In this document: in pieces, positions 14,001 through 28,060 of the stretch
Layout: each line of letters begins with the position of its first letter
Position numbering within the stretch: position 1 is the stretch's first letter
The notes under the pieces: model-generated
What the model saw: only the letters and a program-made list of their open reading frames with translations
Told to the model about the DNA's origin: nothing
Databases searched by the model: none
IMG/VR virus record: IMGVR_UViG_3300028591_000002
Coordinates: 46,718-110,717 of that record
DNA: 64,000 nucleotides
Strand: one strand, 5' to 3'
Origin: a virus
Taxonomy: Duplodnaviria > Heunggongvirae > Uroviricota > Caudoviricetes
Program-made: the position numbers and the translations under genes

Positions 14001-17000
14001 ATTGGTTCGATAAAGAAGGTTTTATAAGAGTAAATCCTACAATTATAAATCAACTTTATAGATGGGGAAAACTTGGAAATACTGTTACTCCAGAAGAAAT
14101 AAGTTTATTAAAAAAGAATATAGAAGAAATTAATCAGAAATTAGAATTATATTTTCATATAATTGACAAGAAAACTTTTGAAACGGCTACAGAAGAAGAT
14201 TTAGAAATGGAAGCTACTATTGATAAAGACCCAGACATAATACTTTATAGAAAATATATAGCTACTCCTATAAATACTTTATTGTGGGATTATCAAATAA
14301 ATGAAACTGCTAAAGATTTCTGGAAAAGAAAGGAAATACAAGTAATATCTGATTTGATTCAATTATCTCCTAGACCAATAACTATTAAAAAAGCAGAAAA
14401 AATAAAACCAGGATTAAATGCTTTAAATACTGCCTTAGTAAAAAATAATTGGACTTTAGGAAGTAATATGATATTACTTAAAATATTTAAAACTTCTTAG
14501 GGAGTTGAAAGTCAATATAATATAACTTCTTAGTTAGATTTAAATAACTGGTGGCCTTTAGAATTATTACAAAGATTTGCTGAAGAACTTCAAATTGATT
14601 TTGATAAAATAAATATTGATAATGCAAAATTTGATTTATTATATACTTTAAAATAGATAAATTCAAATTGGAAAACTTTACTTATTAAAAATAGGGAGAA
14701 GTATTTAGGAAATAAAATTATCAAAAGTCTTCTTAATTAGGATTTAAATCCTTTAATTCAGGGAAAAACTGAAAGAGTCTTAAAAAATAAGGCAAAAAAG
14801 GAATTCATGAGATACTATGGTATAACCTCTAAAGAAGATTCTAAATTAAAAGATTTTGAAGATAATTGGAATAATTTAACTAAAAATAGTGCAGGATTAA
14901 CCAAAAGAGATATTTATCTTAAATATGCTTTTTTAAGGGAAAGTCCTAATTTTAGAGAATCTTATACTGGACTTTTAAATGATTCTAAATTATAGCAACA
15001 ATTAATAACTGCTGGACTCTTAAATCAAGAAGATTTAGAAATAAAAGACCTTGATTCTAAATTTAAAATACAAGTTAATCCAGAAATAGCTAGATACAAT
15101 GCTTTGGATTTTTGGATGGGAGAAGAATTTACTTGTGCTACTGTTGGTACTTTTGCTAATCACCCATTTAAGAATAATCCGTTCAAAACTGACGTACGTT
15201 ATATAGAGGCAGAACAATATGGACAAGAAACAAAACGTACTGTTACTATATCTTCTTCTAAACATGCTTATGCTAGAGGATTAATTAATGGTATAAAGAG
15301 AAGATATACTGTGGCAGTAGCAGAAGATTTAAAAGATGCTGTATATAATGTTTATGGAAAGAAGGATTCTGCAACACCTTTAGATGGTGCTACTTTTGGA
15401 AATACTTTAACAGCAAATTTAGAAAATAATTCCTTATAGGATTAGGCTGTTGGAGAAGATAGAAAACCTATTGCCCATGCTCATCATAATGCTACAGGTT
15501 CTGGAAAAATTGTAAAAACAGCTATGTTTGTAGCGGTTAATTCTAAAATTAGAGATTGTTACAATTTTTCTTAGTTAACTGAATAGGAATATATGTCTGG
15601 AAAAGTAAATGGTTTCTATGGTATTTTAAATAAACATATGAATAAAGTTAATTGGACAGATGAATTAGGAAATATTAAAGCTTATAACTGGACTAAATCT
15701 TATCAAGGTACTACTATTAAATATAAACCTTCATATGTTTATAACCCATATAATAAAAAACATTATAAAATAATAGCTACTTTTAATGAAGCTACTCAAA
15801 ATACTTCAATTCAATGGTTAGAAGTAACTAGTAATGGAGAAGAGACTGGTAAAAAATATAATTTTAATGGTTCTGATACATTAGTAAAAAGGATTACTTC
15901 TAATTGGGACTTATGGAAATATGTATTTGGTGGAGAATTTTCCGAACATATTGGGAATGATGGAAGGTTAACTTATGAGAAAGACGGAACTTCTTTTGAT
16001 AATTTAACTAATGCCGCTATTTATGTTGCCGACAGTAAACTAAACTCTGAAGCAAGTTTTAGTAGTGATGACTTATGGTAGCCTTTAAAAGAATGTTGTA
16101 TCGATTATATTATAACTGCAGGTGCTATAAAACAAGGAGCAGCTAATGTAAATACTACAGAAATTTACACTAATTCAGATTACAATGTTACTACTATGAA
16201 GTTGGATACTTTTGATTTAGGAATTCAACTTAATGCAGAACATCATGCAGATGAAGCAAAAGTATCTTTAATGACTTAGGTTGTAAATGCTATTGGAGCT
16301 AGGGGATTTAGTTATGCTTCAGCAGAAAAAATATATAATGGACTTTGTTATTTAACCGAATCTTCTATAAAAGACATTTTAAATGGATTAAATTTATAGC
16401 AAAACTCTAATGATGTAGATTCTATTAAAAATGCTATGTTAAAGGTATTAGTTAAAGTGTTGGAGTACACATCTGATACTGATGGTAATATTTTAAATTC
16501 TATAGCAGCAAATCTTAAATAGAATCTTAAAAGTGGAAATTTAAGATATAGTTAGGTACTTGGAGATTTACCTTTAAGCCATCCAGCTATTTATAATCAA
16601 ATTGTTAGAAAGTGTGCTTCAGAACTTGAGAAAGTAGCTGTTAGAATTAAATTTCCAGGAGGTATGGATGTATTAAATCCTTCTAATGGAATATATTAGT
16701 TAATAGGAAATGATATAAAAGGTAGATTATCAGCTCAAGAAATAGCTAAATTACAAGAAGAAGCTAATGCTAAAAATTTAAAGGCCTATGAAATAAAACT
16801 TGAAAGAAGTTATTATATAGAAAATAATGGACAAAGAGAAGTAGTATTTGTAGGAAATCCAGAAGTTTTATGGGATTTAAGGAATAGAATTAATAAAGAA
16901 AATTTAATAGTACATGAAGCTGTAGAATTAGGAAGAGAATTAGGAACTTATGATGCTATAATAACTACTGGAAAAGAAGGTGCTCTTGAATATTATACTT

Positions 17001-20000
17001 TATTTGATTTAGCTTCTATTCATAAGTGTTATAAATATCAAAAAATACTTGATGATGATTCCAGTACTCCAGAATAGAAAAAGGAGGCTAGTAAAAATCT
17101 TATTCTAAGTAAAAGACTTTTACAATAGGATTTAAATGCTTTAGGTTCTGGACATAACAAATATATTACTGTACTTGATGCTGAAGGTAAAGAAGTACGA
17201 AAATATGTTAGAAATGTTTCAGTAAATCCTTATGAAATTATTTTACCTAAACATTATGAAACTACTTTTGGATTAAGAGCTGAAGATAACTTATCTGAAA
17301 TAGAGAAAGATAAATTCTTTTTCTTAAAAAGAGTTTTAGAGCAATTAGAACCTAAAACTTTAATAAGTAATTTTGATGTAGAATTAATAACTCCTTCAGG
17401 AAATAACTTTTATTTATTAAATAAAGGAAATTCCGTACCTAAAAATCTTACAAAAGTAGAGAATCTAAATACTGAATGGGATGGAGAAAATTTATGGTTA
17501 TTAAATATTAGAAATGAGAGACTTTTCACTATACCATATACTGAAAATGAAGGGGAAATAATTCCAAACATAACTATTTATAATGACTTTAATGGAGTTC
17601 AAATTATAGAAACTGATAAATTAGATTATTTTCTTGACTCTTTAAATTATACTTCTGTAAGAATAGGTAGTGCAAAAGTTTCTAATGAAGGAATTTTAAA
17701 TTTAATTGGAGCTTTACAGAATTCTTCAAGTCCATTAATTAGAAGTCTTTTAGAAAGTCTTGGAGAAGATGGAAATTCATTAGTCACTAATTTAAAATAG
17801 TATAGAACAAACTTTAATAAGTAGTTAAAACAACTTAAAGATGGGCTTAGAATTGGCAATATTAATGTTAATGAATTATCTCCATTTTTTAAATAGGTAA
17901 TTAAAAATTCCTTAGAAGTTCATACTTCTTTCTTGAAATCTTTAGAATATATAGTTTCAAGAACTCCAGCTCAGTCTCACCAGTCTTTCATGGCTATGAA
18001 AGTGGTTGGATTTGATAATAGAGGATTAAATTCTGCTTATGTTTCTAGATGGTAGATTTGGTTACAAGGTTCTGACTATGATATTGATAAGGCTTCTGTA
18101 TTAGGATATCAATTTAGTAGAGGTAAATATATAGGATGGAGTAATTTCTTTAATTATGATTCTATAGAAAAACTAAAAGAATCTGAAAAATTACCTTTTC
18201 CTAATGGTAAAGAGTTAGAAAGACTCTCTGAAGAACAAATAAATGCTAGAAAAGTAAGAGCATTTGATTATATGGTTGTTAAAGATATTGACTTGATATC
18301 TGAACCTAATAAAATTACATATACTTTTGGAGATGGAACAAAAGTAGAAATTCCTACTAATTATGATGGAGAACATTATACTTATAATTTAATAGAAAAT
18401 TAGGAAATAATAAATACTTTAAATCCTATACAAAAGTATTTATTAGCTAATGCTTTAAAAAATAAATTAAATGATTAGGATATAGTATTATTACCTAAAT
18501 CTAATAACGGTTATAATTTTGAGAAATTAGGAATTGATAAAGAAGGTGTATATAATTCTATGAATACTGATTATACCTACGATATAGCGTATTATTTATT
18601 AAATATAGCTGATCCTGGAAATCTAGCTGAATTTATCAATATCTTAAGTTCTTTAGGATTCGTTCCACATAATGATATTTTGACTCCATATTTTAAGGAA
18701 TTTGATGTCGATAATTAGGATATATTGAATGACTTTATCATAGTTAATATGCATAATCTATACTTTGAAAACCCTAAGAATAAGGGATTAAGAAGAGAGG
18801 CTTTAATGAACTTTATTTCTTCTGTAATGGCTTAGGCTTCTTCTTCTCCAGAAAACTTAATATAGGGACAGTCTGGTGTAGACTCTGAAGTTGATAAAAC
18901 AAGTACAATACTTAAAAGACCTGAATTTTCTAAATTAGCAGCTCAAACTCAATTCTTTGATAGAGGAGCCGTAACAAGTAAATTTAGGTAGTTAGTATTA
19001 ACTTTAGCAGGAAAAGAGAATGTTGGTGTTGTAGCTTCTGCAATGAAAGTATTTGAAGCTATGAGTTAGTATTATTATTAGGTTTTAAATAGAGGTTCTA
19101 AAAAAGAATAGGAAGCTTTATTATCTAATTTACAACTAATGGGCAGAAATATTAGACTTATAGCTAATTCAGCAGTTAGAAATAAAGTAGATATTAAATC
19201 TTAGGCAGTCTTAGATGCTTTAAATGAAGTTGATAATGATTTAGATGCTTTCTTATTATTTTCTGCCTTCCTAAGTATGGCCACAGATAATGCTAAAGAC
19301 CCTAAATTAGCTAAAATTAATGCAGGTCCTGAAATGATGGGAATTTATACTGCTGGATTTGTGTTAGGAGTAGATTTAGAAACTCTTATTTCAATAGCTT
19401 TATCAGAAACAGGACTAGTAATTTCTCAATTACAAGGTGGAAATGTATTTGAAGAGAACTTAGGATTTAATAGAATTTCTCAGGCTATTCAATACTTATA
19501 GAATGGTCCTAATTTAAATTATCTTAAAGGGGAAAGTGATATTATAAATGTTTTAGGAAAAACCTTAGGACTTCCTTCAAAGGAATCTAAAGGTCCGTAT
19601 AAAACTAATTATCAAGCAGTTGTTTAGGCAATAAACGGTTTAAGTTTTAAAGGTAAAAAAACTTTAATTAAATCCCTTAGAGGTTATCTAAGTAAAAATG
19701 AGGAAAAATAGGAAGTTAATTAGGATGCTTTAGTTTATAATGTTAGAAGAAGATTAAAAAGAGAATTAGCCAAAAAGCGTAAAAGCGTTGAAAAGCTTAA
19801 TCTTAAAGAACAAACTAAAGGAGCTCTTACAGAAAAAGAAAACGCTAGAAGAAATAATTATAATGTATCAATTTCTCAGTTATAGGAGCATATTGAAATT
19901 TGTGGATAGTTATTAAGAGGTTTGATTAAACCAGAAAATATTGAAAATAATGACTATCTTAAAAATTTATTCTCTTCTAATATTATTGATTTTAAAGAGA

Positions 20001-21901
20001 CTTTAAAGAGTTTTAAAGAATATAATTTTGAAAGTAAAAATAAGAGAGAACTTTTACGTAAATTATGTTAGGATATAGAATTACATCTATATTATACTGA
20101 AAAAGTCTAGGGAGATTATATGACCGATGATGAAGGGAATCAACATGAAATACTTTCGATTATAAAAACTTTAGATAATTTTAACTAGGAAATGGGAACT
20201 TTAAGAGGAGACTTAAAATTAAATTAGGGACTACCTAATGGAATTGAAGACCAATAGTCCTTTATTTCTAGTTTTGAATCAGGATTTAAAACTTTTTGGA
20301 CAGAGGCTAAAGAAACTCCTCTTTTAAAGGCTTTAAAAGAAGTTAATACCAAGTTACTAGGTTCTGATATAGATCCTAAAAATATTTCTTTAAAACATTT
20401 TGTTCTAAATACTCCTGTTGCAAGTTTTCTTTAGAAAGAAGGTTCTGTAGACGGAGAATATTAGAACTATGGATATAGAGATTTAGTTCAAGATGCTTAC
20501 GAGGGAATAAAAATAGGTGTAAACATTTATAAAGTAATGTGGGATATTGCTCATTATAGAGGATATTTAGAAACTGTAGCTGTACTACAAGGGGGATTAG
20601 AATCTGTAATGGGTATTTATAAAAAATCTAATGAAGCCGTTAATATAGTTAATTAGTATTATGGACAATGTTCCGCTGCAGATGCTATTAAACGAAATAA
20701 AGCAACTACTAACTTTATTATCAGAAAAATGAATAATATTTATTTACATACTATATAGTTAAATATAAATGGAAATAATATTATGTTAGGTACTAAAGAA
20801 GGAAATGCTGCTTTTAGAAAATGGATGGAAATTCAAGTATTTCCTGAAATGAGTAAAACATTATCTCTTAATGAATTTGTTAAATCTTTAACTACTACTG
20901 TTTATAATTTTAATCCTAGACATAATACTACTATAAATTATACTTCTAAAGTTTCTATGTCTCCAAGAAGTGATTATGAAATAGTTATATTTTCTAAAGT
21001 TAAATAGGCTTTTAATAGATTATAGTCTAAAGACCTATATAATTGTGGTTATTCTTTAGTAGATTTAATATTCTTTTATAATTTAATTGCTTATAATGGA
21101 ACATCTGGAAGATCTTCTTTCACAAATTTATTTGAAGATATAATTATAAATAAAGGAAGTGCTGCTATTAATAATTATAATAAATATATTTCTTAGTTAG
21201 ACTTAAATCCTGATGTAAACTTTAAACTTTCTAGTTAGGATATTTAGGAATTATTAGTAGAAGCAGCGCCTGTTGTAACTATTTCGGATTTACTTTCTGG
21301 AAAGAAAAAACCTATAAAAGCATGGGTTTAGGATGAAAAAACATTTAAATTTCATTTAGTTGAAAGAATAGACCGTACTACTACTAGAGGTGATATTCCG
21401 GAGTACATGACAGAGGAATTTATGGGTGAGTGGGAATCGCCTGATATTCCTGAGGATGTTCCTATGGATGAAAATATTGGAGGAGAAATCGATGAAGAAA
21501 TTGTTTCTAATAGAAAAGGAATTAGAGAAGTTGCTGTTCCAATTGATTCTGATGAAAATTCTAATATATATAAAAGCTTTAATTATAAAGAAGTAGCAAT
21601 CTCCTCTAACGACTTAATCTCTCCAGTTTTAGATTCTTATGATTTTGTATCAGAAAGTAAATTATTAGAAACTGAAAAAACCTCTATTTTAAGTCTTATT
21701 GATGATAAAAAAATAAAAAGGTATAATAACCAAGACTTTGAAATAACTTTATCTCCAGATAAAGGAGAAATTAAAGTTAAACTTGGAGATCATACCTTTG
21801 ATGAAGTAGCTGTTAAACTTATTAAAGATGATAATGGTATTCTATATTATGAAGTTGATTTAGAAAAAACATTAGAAAATGATAAAAATTGTAATAATTG
21901 A
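11078..21901 (+). CDS. ~3607-aa crAss-like virion RNA polymerase (two-barrel, beta/beta'-like), recoded TAG=Gln
   Basis: Ten track fragments (11828 to 21407) lie in one frame. Catalytic GSDYDIDK at 18068-18091, preceded by RTPAQS, matches the DFDIDK-type motif of crAss-like virion RNAPs; also DGATF and GIQLNAEH segments. TGA 21899-21901. Confidence 0.9.
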
Positions 21902-22968
21902 TGAATGCTTGTGATATAAATATTAAATCAGATAGATTCCAGACTTTGAAACATAAGTCTGGAGTCTCTGATTCTGTTTTAGCTACTACTGTAGCTGAAA
22001 CTCAAAATAAATATGGAAGAAATCCTAATTTAGATGAAATACCTGGAGCTAATTCAGAAGTATATTTGAGAAAAAATATTAAAATTGATGAAAATAATTT
22101 AGCTGAAACAGAAGAAATACTAGAGTATACTAATACGACTACTCCTGAAGAAGCTATGATTAAAATAAATAATTAGATGCATTAGGATTTAGAAGTTACT
22201 ATTTCTCCTGTTGGTTCCTTATCTTTCGTAAATATAAAAAGAAGACCAAGTGCATATGATTTAAAACCTAAGCCTTTTGTTGAAGCTCAAGAAGATGTTT
22301 CAGATTCTAAAAATACTATGGCATTAAGATTAATGCTTGATAAATTTAAAGAAAAATATGGAATAGACATAAAATATGTTGATTCTAATGAAATAAAAGA
22401 TATGAATATACCAAACGCTGGAATAGTAAATGCCTTTGTGTATAATGGAGATATTTATGTAAATACGGATGTTGCTAATGTGAAAACATCTTTAGTTCAC
22501 GAATTAATGCATATATTTCTAGGAGCTGTTAGATTTACTAATCCAGAATTATATTTTTCTTTGGTATCTTCAGTTGAAGAATTGGATTATTATGAGGAAA
22601 AAAGCCTAGATTATCCAAATAGAACTAGAAATGATGTAAATGAGGAAATATTTGTTTCTGAATTTTCTAAATATATTACTGGAATCCCCAGCTTATTTAA
22701 TAATTTAGATGAAAAAATTCTAAATTAGATAGATTATGACGTTAAAAGAGTTTTGGACTCAATGTTAATGGGAAACTACAGTGTTAATAGCTTAAAAAAT
22801 CCATATATGAAATCAATAGTGGACTTAGCCAGATTAACAGAATCTACTGTAGTTAATCAGACAGATAATTTGGCTTTTATTCAATATTCTTCTAAAATAC
22901 ATAGATAGGTTTCTAATTTAAAGGAACAGTTATTTAAGGAAGATAAACTTGTAGAAGATTGCGTATGA
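21901..22968 (+). CDS. 355-aa zincin-like metallopeptidase, virion cargo locus (recoded)
   Basis: ATG overlaps the RNAP stop (TGATG); fragments 21898 and 22318 are in frame; HELMH (HExxH) at 22498-22512 with a downstream EE at 22642-22647; TGA 22966-22968. Confidence 0.85.
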
Positions 22969-25900
22969 AATGTACTTATACTTTAAATAATAGAACTTTT
23001 AATTCTGAATTAGAATTAGAAGAATATTTAATAAAGAATTCTCCCTATCTAAAAGATATGGGAGATGTAGTTTTTGATAGAAGCAATTATTAGAATTTTG
23101 CTACTAATAGATTATTTGAAGTTCATAAGAAAGTAATGGAGACTACTAAAACTAAAGTTAAAGTAAGATCTGTTGAAGATATAGAAAATATGATAATTAA
23201 TGGGGACGATATCTGGGATTTAGATGATATGATTTCTTTAGATACTGATTCTTATATTACTATATCTGATTTAATTAGGTCTATGAGTACTGTAGAAGGG
23301 TATTAGTTAACTCCAGTATTTAGGCCTGAAGAATATTGGAAGAGAGCTTAGGTAGCTTTTGCTGATATTGCTAGTTTTTAGGAAGGTTCCGATTATTATG
23401 GATTAATTCCATTTATATTTGATAAAAATTCAGATGGTTCTTATGATATTCATGCTATTACAGATTAGGAAGAATTTAAAAAGGCTAGAGAACACGTAGA
23501 ATTTGTTTGGAAGACTCAGAGTTTAATTGGTACTGCAGTTCATAATGCTATAAGTGAATATTATAAAAATTGTAAAGACCATGACCCAGAAAAATTTTCT
23601 TCAGATAGAAATAAAATAAAAAATAGAATCTTAGAGAATCTTAAAGAGAAAGATAAAGAATATCTAAAAAATCATATAGATAACATTTTAGATATTTGTG
23701 AAAACTTTAATAAAAAATTAGTAGATAAGTTTGGAAAAGGGTGCATAGTCCTTCCTGAATATGCTATTTAGGGGGAAGGTAATTTTAATGGAAAATTGGC
23801 TTAGGTTGTAGGTCGTTTGGACTTAATAGTTTTAACAGAAGATGGAGCTTCCATAATAGATTTTAAATGTTCCCCTAAGGATTATAGAAATTATAATGAT
23901 ATTAAAGTTAGAACTTTTGATTATCAATTAGCAGCTTATAGAAGAATGTTAATTGAATCTGGATTAGTGTCTTCTAGACATAAAGAAAAATGTTCTTTGT
24001 ATGCAGTACCTATTAAGTTTGAAGGTTTTAGATATGATAAAGAAAGTAATAGTTGTTTCTATGATGAATTATCTATAGAAGATGATGCTTTCAAAGAATT
24101 AAGCGTGAGTTCTAAAACTGCTGGAGGTAGTGAGTATGATACTGTAGAAACTAACTTAGATCAAGTTTTTGTTCCTAAAGAAGATAAACTTCTAGATGTG
24201 AATGGAATATTAACAAATGTAAAAGATGAATTAGATGCTTTCTTTCCAGATGTAAATAATTCTAATGTTATTGATGATACTTTTGTAAAAGATTATATTG
24301 AAAGACACGGAGGTATAAGACCTAATTCTGATGGAGGTTTTGATTTTTATTGGAAGAAAAATCCTAAATATCCCTCAGACATTTTACATAAAGACACAGA
24401 AAAAGAGTTAATTACTAAAATAAAAGATATTTTAATTAGTAGACAACTTCGTATGGGAGAAAATACAGAAAGTATTATAAAATCCTTAAAAGAAGCTTGG
24501 GAGAAAGGAGATAAAAGATATTTTACATATAATGCAAAAAATTATAGAGGAGAAGGTAATAAAGAATACACTCAAGATAGACTTTAGAAATATGCTGATA
24601 TAAAATGGAAAATATTTGAACTTCCAACTGGATATCAAGATATTCTAAGTTCTATGGGTATAATTTTATTAGAAAATAAATATAATAATCAAATAGATGT
24701 AGTTAAGATTTCTAGTAGTGATTTAGAGCATAGAGTAAAATTAGGGGAATCCAGACATACTATATTTGGAAGATATTTAGATGATACTAGGGCAAATAAC
24801 AATAATACTCAAATTAAACCTTTAGAAAATTTTTAGGGAAATATTGAATTAATCTAGGCAATGGCCGTATTAAATCAATTATCTCCTGTTCTTGCTGATA
24901 AAATTATTGGAAATATTTAGGTAATAAGTCCAGATTTATAGTCTGGGATGACATCAAGTAATAAATAGCTCTTATATAATTATTCTACTTTATTAAGACT
25001 ATCAAATAAACAAAATAATTTCTATTATGCTGGAAAGGGAGATATAAAAATGGCTGGTTATGTAGATTTGGCTAAATAGAAATTACAAGAAATATTATTT
25101 GATGATACTGATAATGATTCTATAATAGACAATTACAAATTCAAGAAATTTAAAGGTTATATTCCTAAAATAGATGAATATAATAATGATTTCAATAAAT
25201 TATATATTCAATTAGATTTATTAAGAAAAGATATGGAGAAAGAGTTTGGTTCTCTTCTAGATAGTATAAATACAACTCTTACGGAAAAGAATGAAAATGA
25301 AGACCCAAAATACACCTTATATAGATATATTCTTATGGGGATGGGAGAATTAAAAGGAATTACATATTCTCAACAAGTTTAGGAACATGAAACTATACTT
25401 GATGGTAGCGTTAGAAAAATTCTTACTGAGGGTTGGAATGGAACTAGAATTGATAACCCAGGTTCTCTTAAAAATGATAATCTTAATAAATTAGCTGAAT
25501 TAACAATGCAGCAATATGATAAAGTTAGATAGGATTTAATTAGAGTAAATTATAAAGTAAGAGAATTAACTAAAAAACTTAAAGAAGATAAGCAATTTGG
25601 AAAGATTGCTAGGTATACTTTTGGAAATTAGACTTCTATGTATTCCAATATGTATGATTCTACAGTAAAAGATGATTTATATTTTAGAAATCCTTGGGAA
25701 GATGATGGACATCTTTCAGAAGTAGAAAAAGAGTATTTAAAATATGCTATTACTCTGATAAATATGTAGAGATATAATGGAATCACAGAAGATAATATTG
25801 AGGATTTAGTAAATGCTGACCCTGATAAATATTTAAGAGTTCCTCTAACTAAAGGTGATTTAGGAGCTAAAACAGCAAATAATGGAGGATTTTTAAATAT

Positions 25901-27896
25901 GATTAGAAGCAGGTTTAAAAAATTAGACTTAAAAAATGTTCTTACTGAAAAGTGGTGGGATTAGGCCAAAGATAAAATAAAAGATACTGTATAGAATATT
26001 TATGCAGAATCTGATGAAAATAAAATTAGACAAAGTCAACAATGGGAAATGGTTTCAGCTTTTTCATATGGGGAAAAAGAAGATACTAGAAAATCTGAAT
26101 TAAAAAAATATGGTAAAGATTATTATGAAACTAATTTAGAAAAACTTTTATTGAAACATACTTAGGCTTATTCTGCAAAAGAACATTTAGATTAGGTGTT
26201 TCCACTTTTTAAATCCATAATGTTACATATATCTAATTAGGGAATAGTTAAAAATGAATAGTTTGTAAAAGATTTACAATATGCATAGGATTTTATAAAA
26301 AGTAAAATATTTAATGCTCCATTAGAAGATGTAGATAAATGGGGATTTGCTCAATGGGCTGCTAAAAAATTAATGCAACAAGCTTCTAGAATTGCTTTAT
26401 GGATGAACCCTAGACAGTTATATCAGGGAATAGATGGTTTTTGGAAAGATATCTCTTTACTTATAAAAAATCCAGATGGTAAAGAATCATTTACTAAGAA
26501 AAATTTAACTGAGGCTGCTCTTTGGGTATATGCTGATATCAAACATTTCGGGGATGACTTTACAGAAGCTGAATTATTAAATCAAATGTATGGTCTTAAT
26601 GACATGGATGCTAATACTTTAGCTGATAGACTACATCAAGATACTGCTGGATTTTTTAATTTAGATTCCTTAGGTTTTAGATTTTCTTCTAGACCTGACT
26701 ATTATAATCGTTTAACCATATTTGGAGCACAAATGAAAGGAGATGGATGTTTCGATGCTCATCATATGGTTAATGGTAGGTTAGAATACAATTGGAAAGA
26801 AGATAAAAGATTTGATAAATTTGCAAATTGGACCGAAGAATAGTATAAAAATGCTAGTGCTGAAGATAAAGCAGAATATAATAAATAGAAAGCATTATAT
26901 ATAGCAATGGCTAAGGAATTTGTGGAAACTGGATTTAAAAATCCTGATGGAAGTGATTTTGTATTAGATTTAAATAAGAAATATGCTTTACCTAGAGCTT
27001 ATACAAATAGACAAGCTGAAAGTATGAAAGAACTTGCGGACAAGATTTATGGATATTATTCTCATGAAAAACGTTCTTTAATTCAATCTAATACTATTGG
27101 AGCAATGTTTTTCCAAATGTTTACATATGCTTCTTCTAAGAAAAATCAATATATTTCAGGAAGATTATATAATCAAGAAGGAGAATATGAGCATTACTAT
27201 GACACCTATATTGATGAAGAGGGTAAAGAACAAAAAAATTATTGGTATCAAATATTAGATGAAAATGGAGATACTCAAATAGTTGATTAGAATCATTTAC
27301 CGGAAGGAGCTGACTATATTCCATTAATGTAGTGGAAAGGTAGACCTTCTGAAGGGGCTATAGTAACACTAATGCGATTTGCTCAAATAGCTGCTTAGGG
27401 AGATCCAGAAACTGGAGAAAAGGGTATTTGGGCAGCTATTCATAATTATCAAAATGCAAAAGATGTTGATAAAGCTTTATATAGAAATAACTTAGGTTAG
27501 TTACTTTATGATTTTATAGGATATCTTTTTGTTGGAATATTCTTTGCTCCTTTAATGGTATCATTAGCTGAAGATTTCTCTAAGGATATTGGAGACGAAT
27601 CTTTAGTTCCAGCATTTATAGGTTCTTCTTTTACTATAGGTGCTGAATGGCTAAAAGCTTCTGGAGATGATTTTAATCCTATTATATCTTTAGGAGGTAG
27701 AGGTCTTACATGGACTCCATTCTCTTTACAAACTCTTTAGAGAGTTGGAAAAAATGTTGGAGGAGTAATAGGAGGATCTAAAGATGGTTATGATGCGTTA
27801 ATAAATACTTTTGGTGCTACAAGAGCTACTAAACCTGTTTGGAATGTAGTTAAACTTGATTTATTAGGAAGAGAAATTGGAGACAAAGGTGAATAA
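22965..27896 (+). CDS. ~1643-aa recoded giant virion cargo protein with a PD-(D/E)xK (AddB/Cas4-like) nuclease domain
   Basis: ATGA overlap with the previous gene; fragments 23817, 24654, 26373, 26907 and 27555 are in frame. GTAVH..PEY..GRLDL..IDFK..YQLAAY at ~23529-23945. TAA 27894-27896. Confidence 0.85.
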
Positions 27897-27939
27897 GAAA
27901 AAATAAGTTTGGAGATAAAACATTCTTTGATGGAATAAC

Positions 27940-27970
27940 CAATTTATTTTCTGTTGAAAGATAAATTGGA
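27940..27970 (+). terminator. hairpin after the cargo operon (possible terminator or processing site)
   Basis: ccaatttattttc-tgtt-gaaagataaattgg forms 13 bp with one bulge; no strong U-tract. Confidence 0.4.
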
Positions 27971-28060
27971 CCTTACCTTAATTATATTAAGACAAATCTT
28001 TTATAACATTAAAGAATAATTAATTAGATTAATTTTTTAGTATTTAAAGTTAAACAAATT

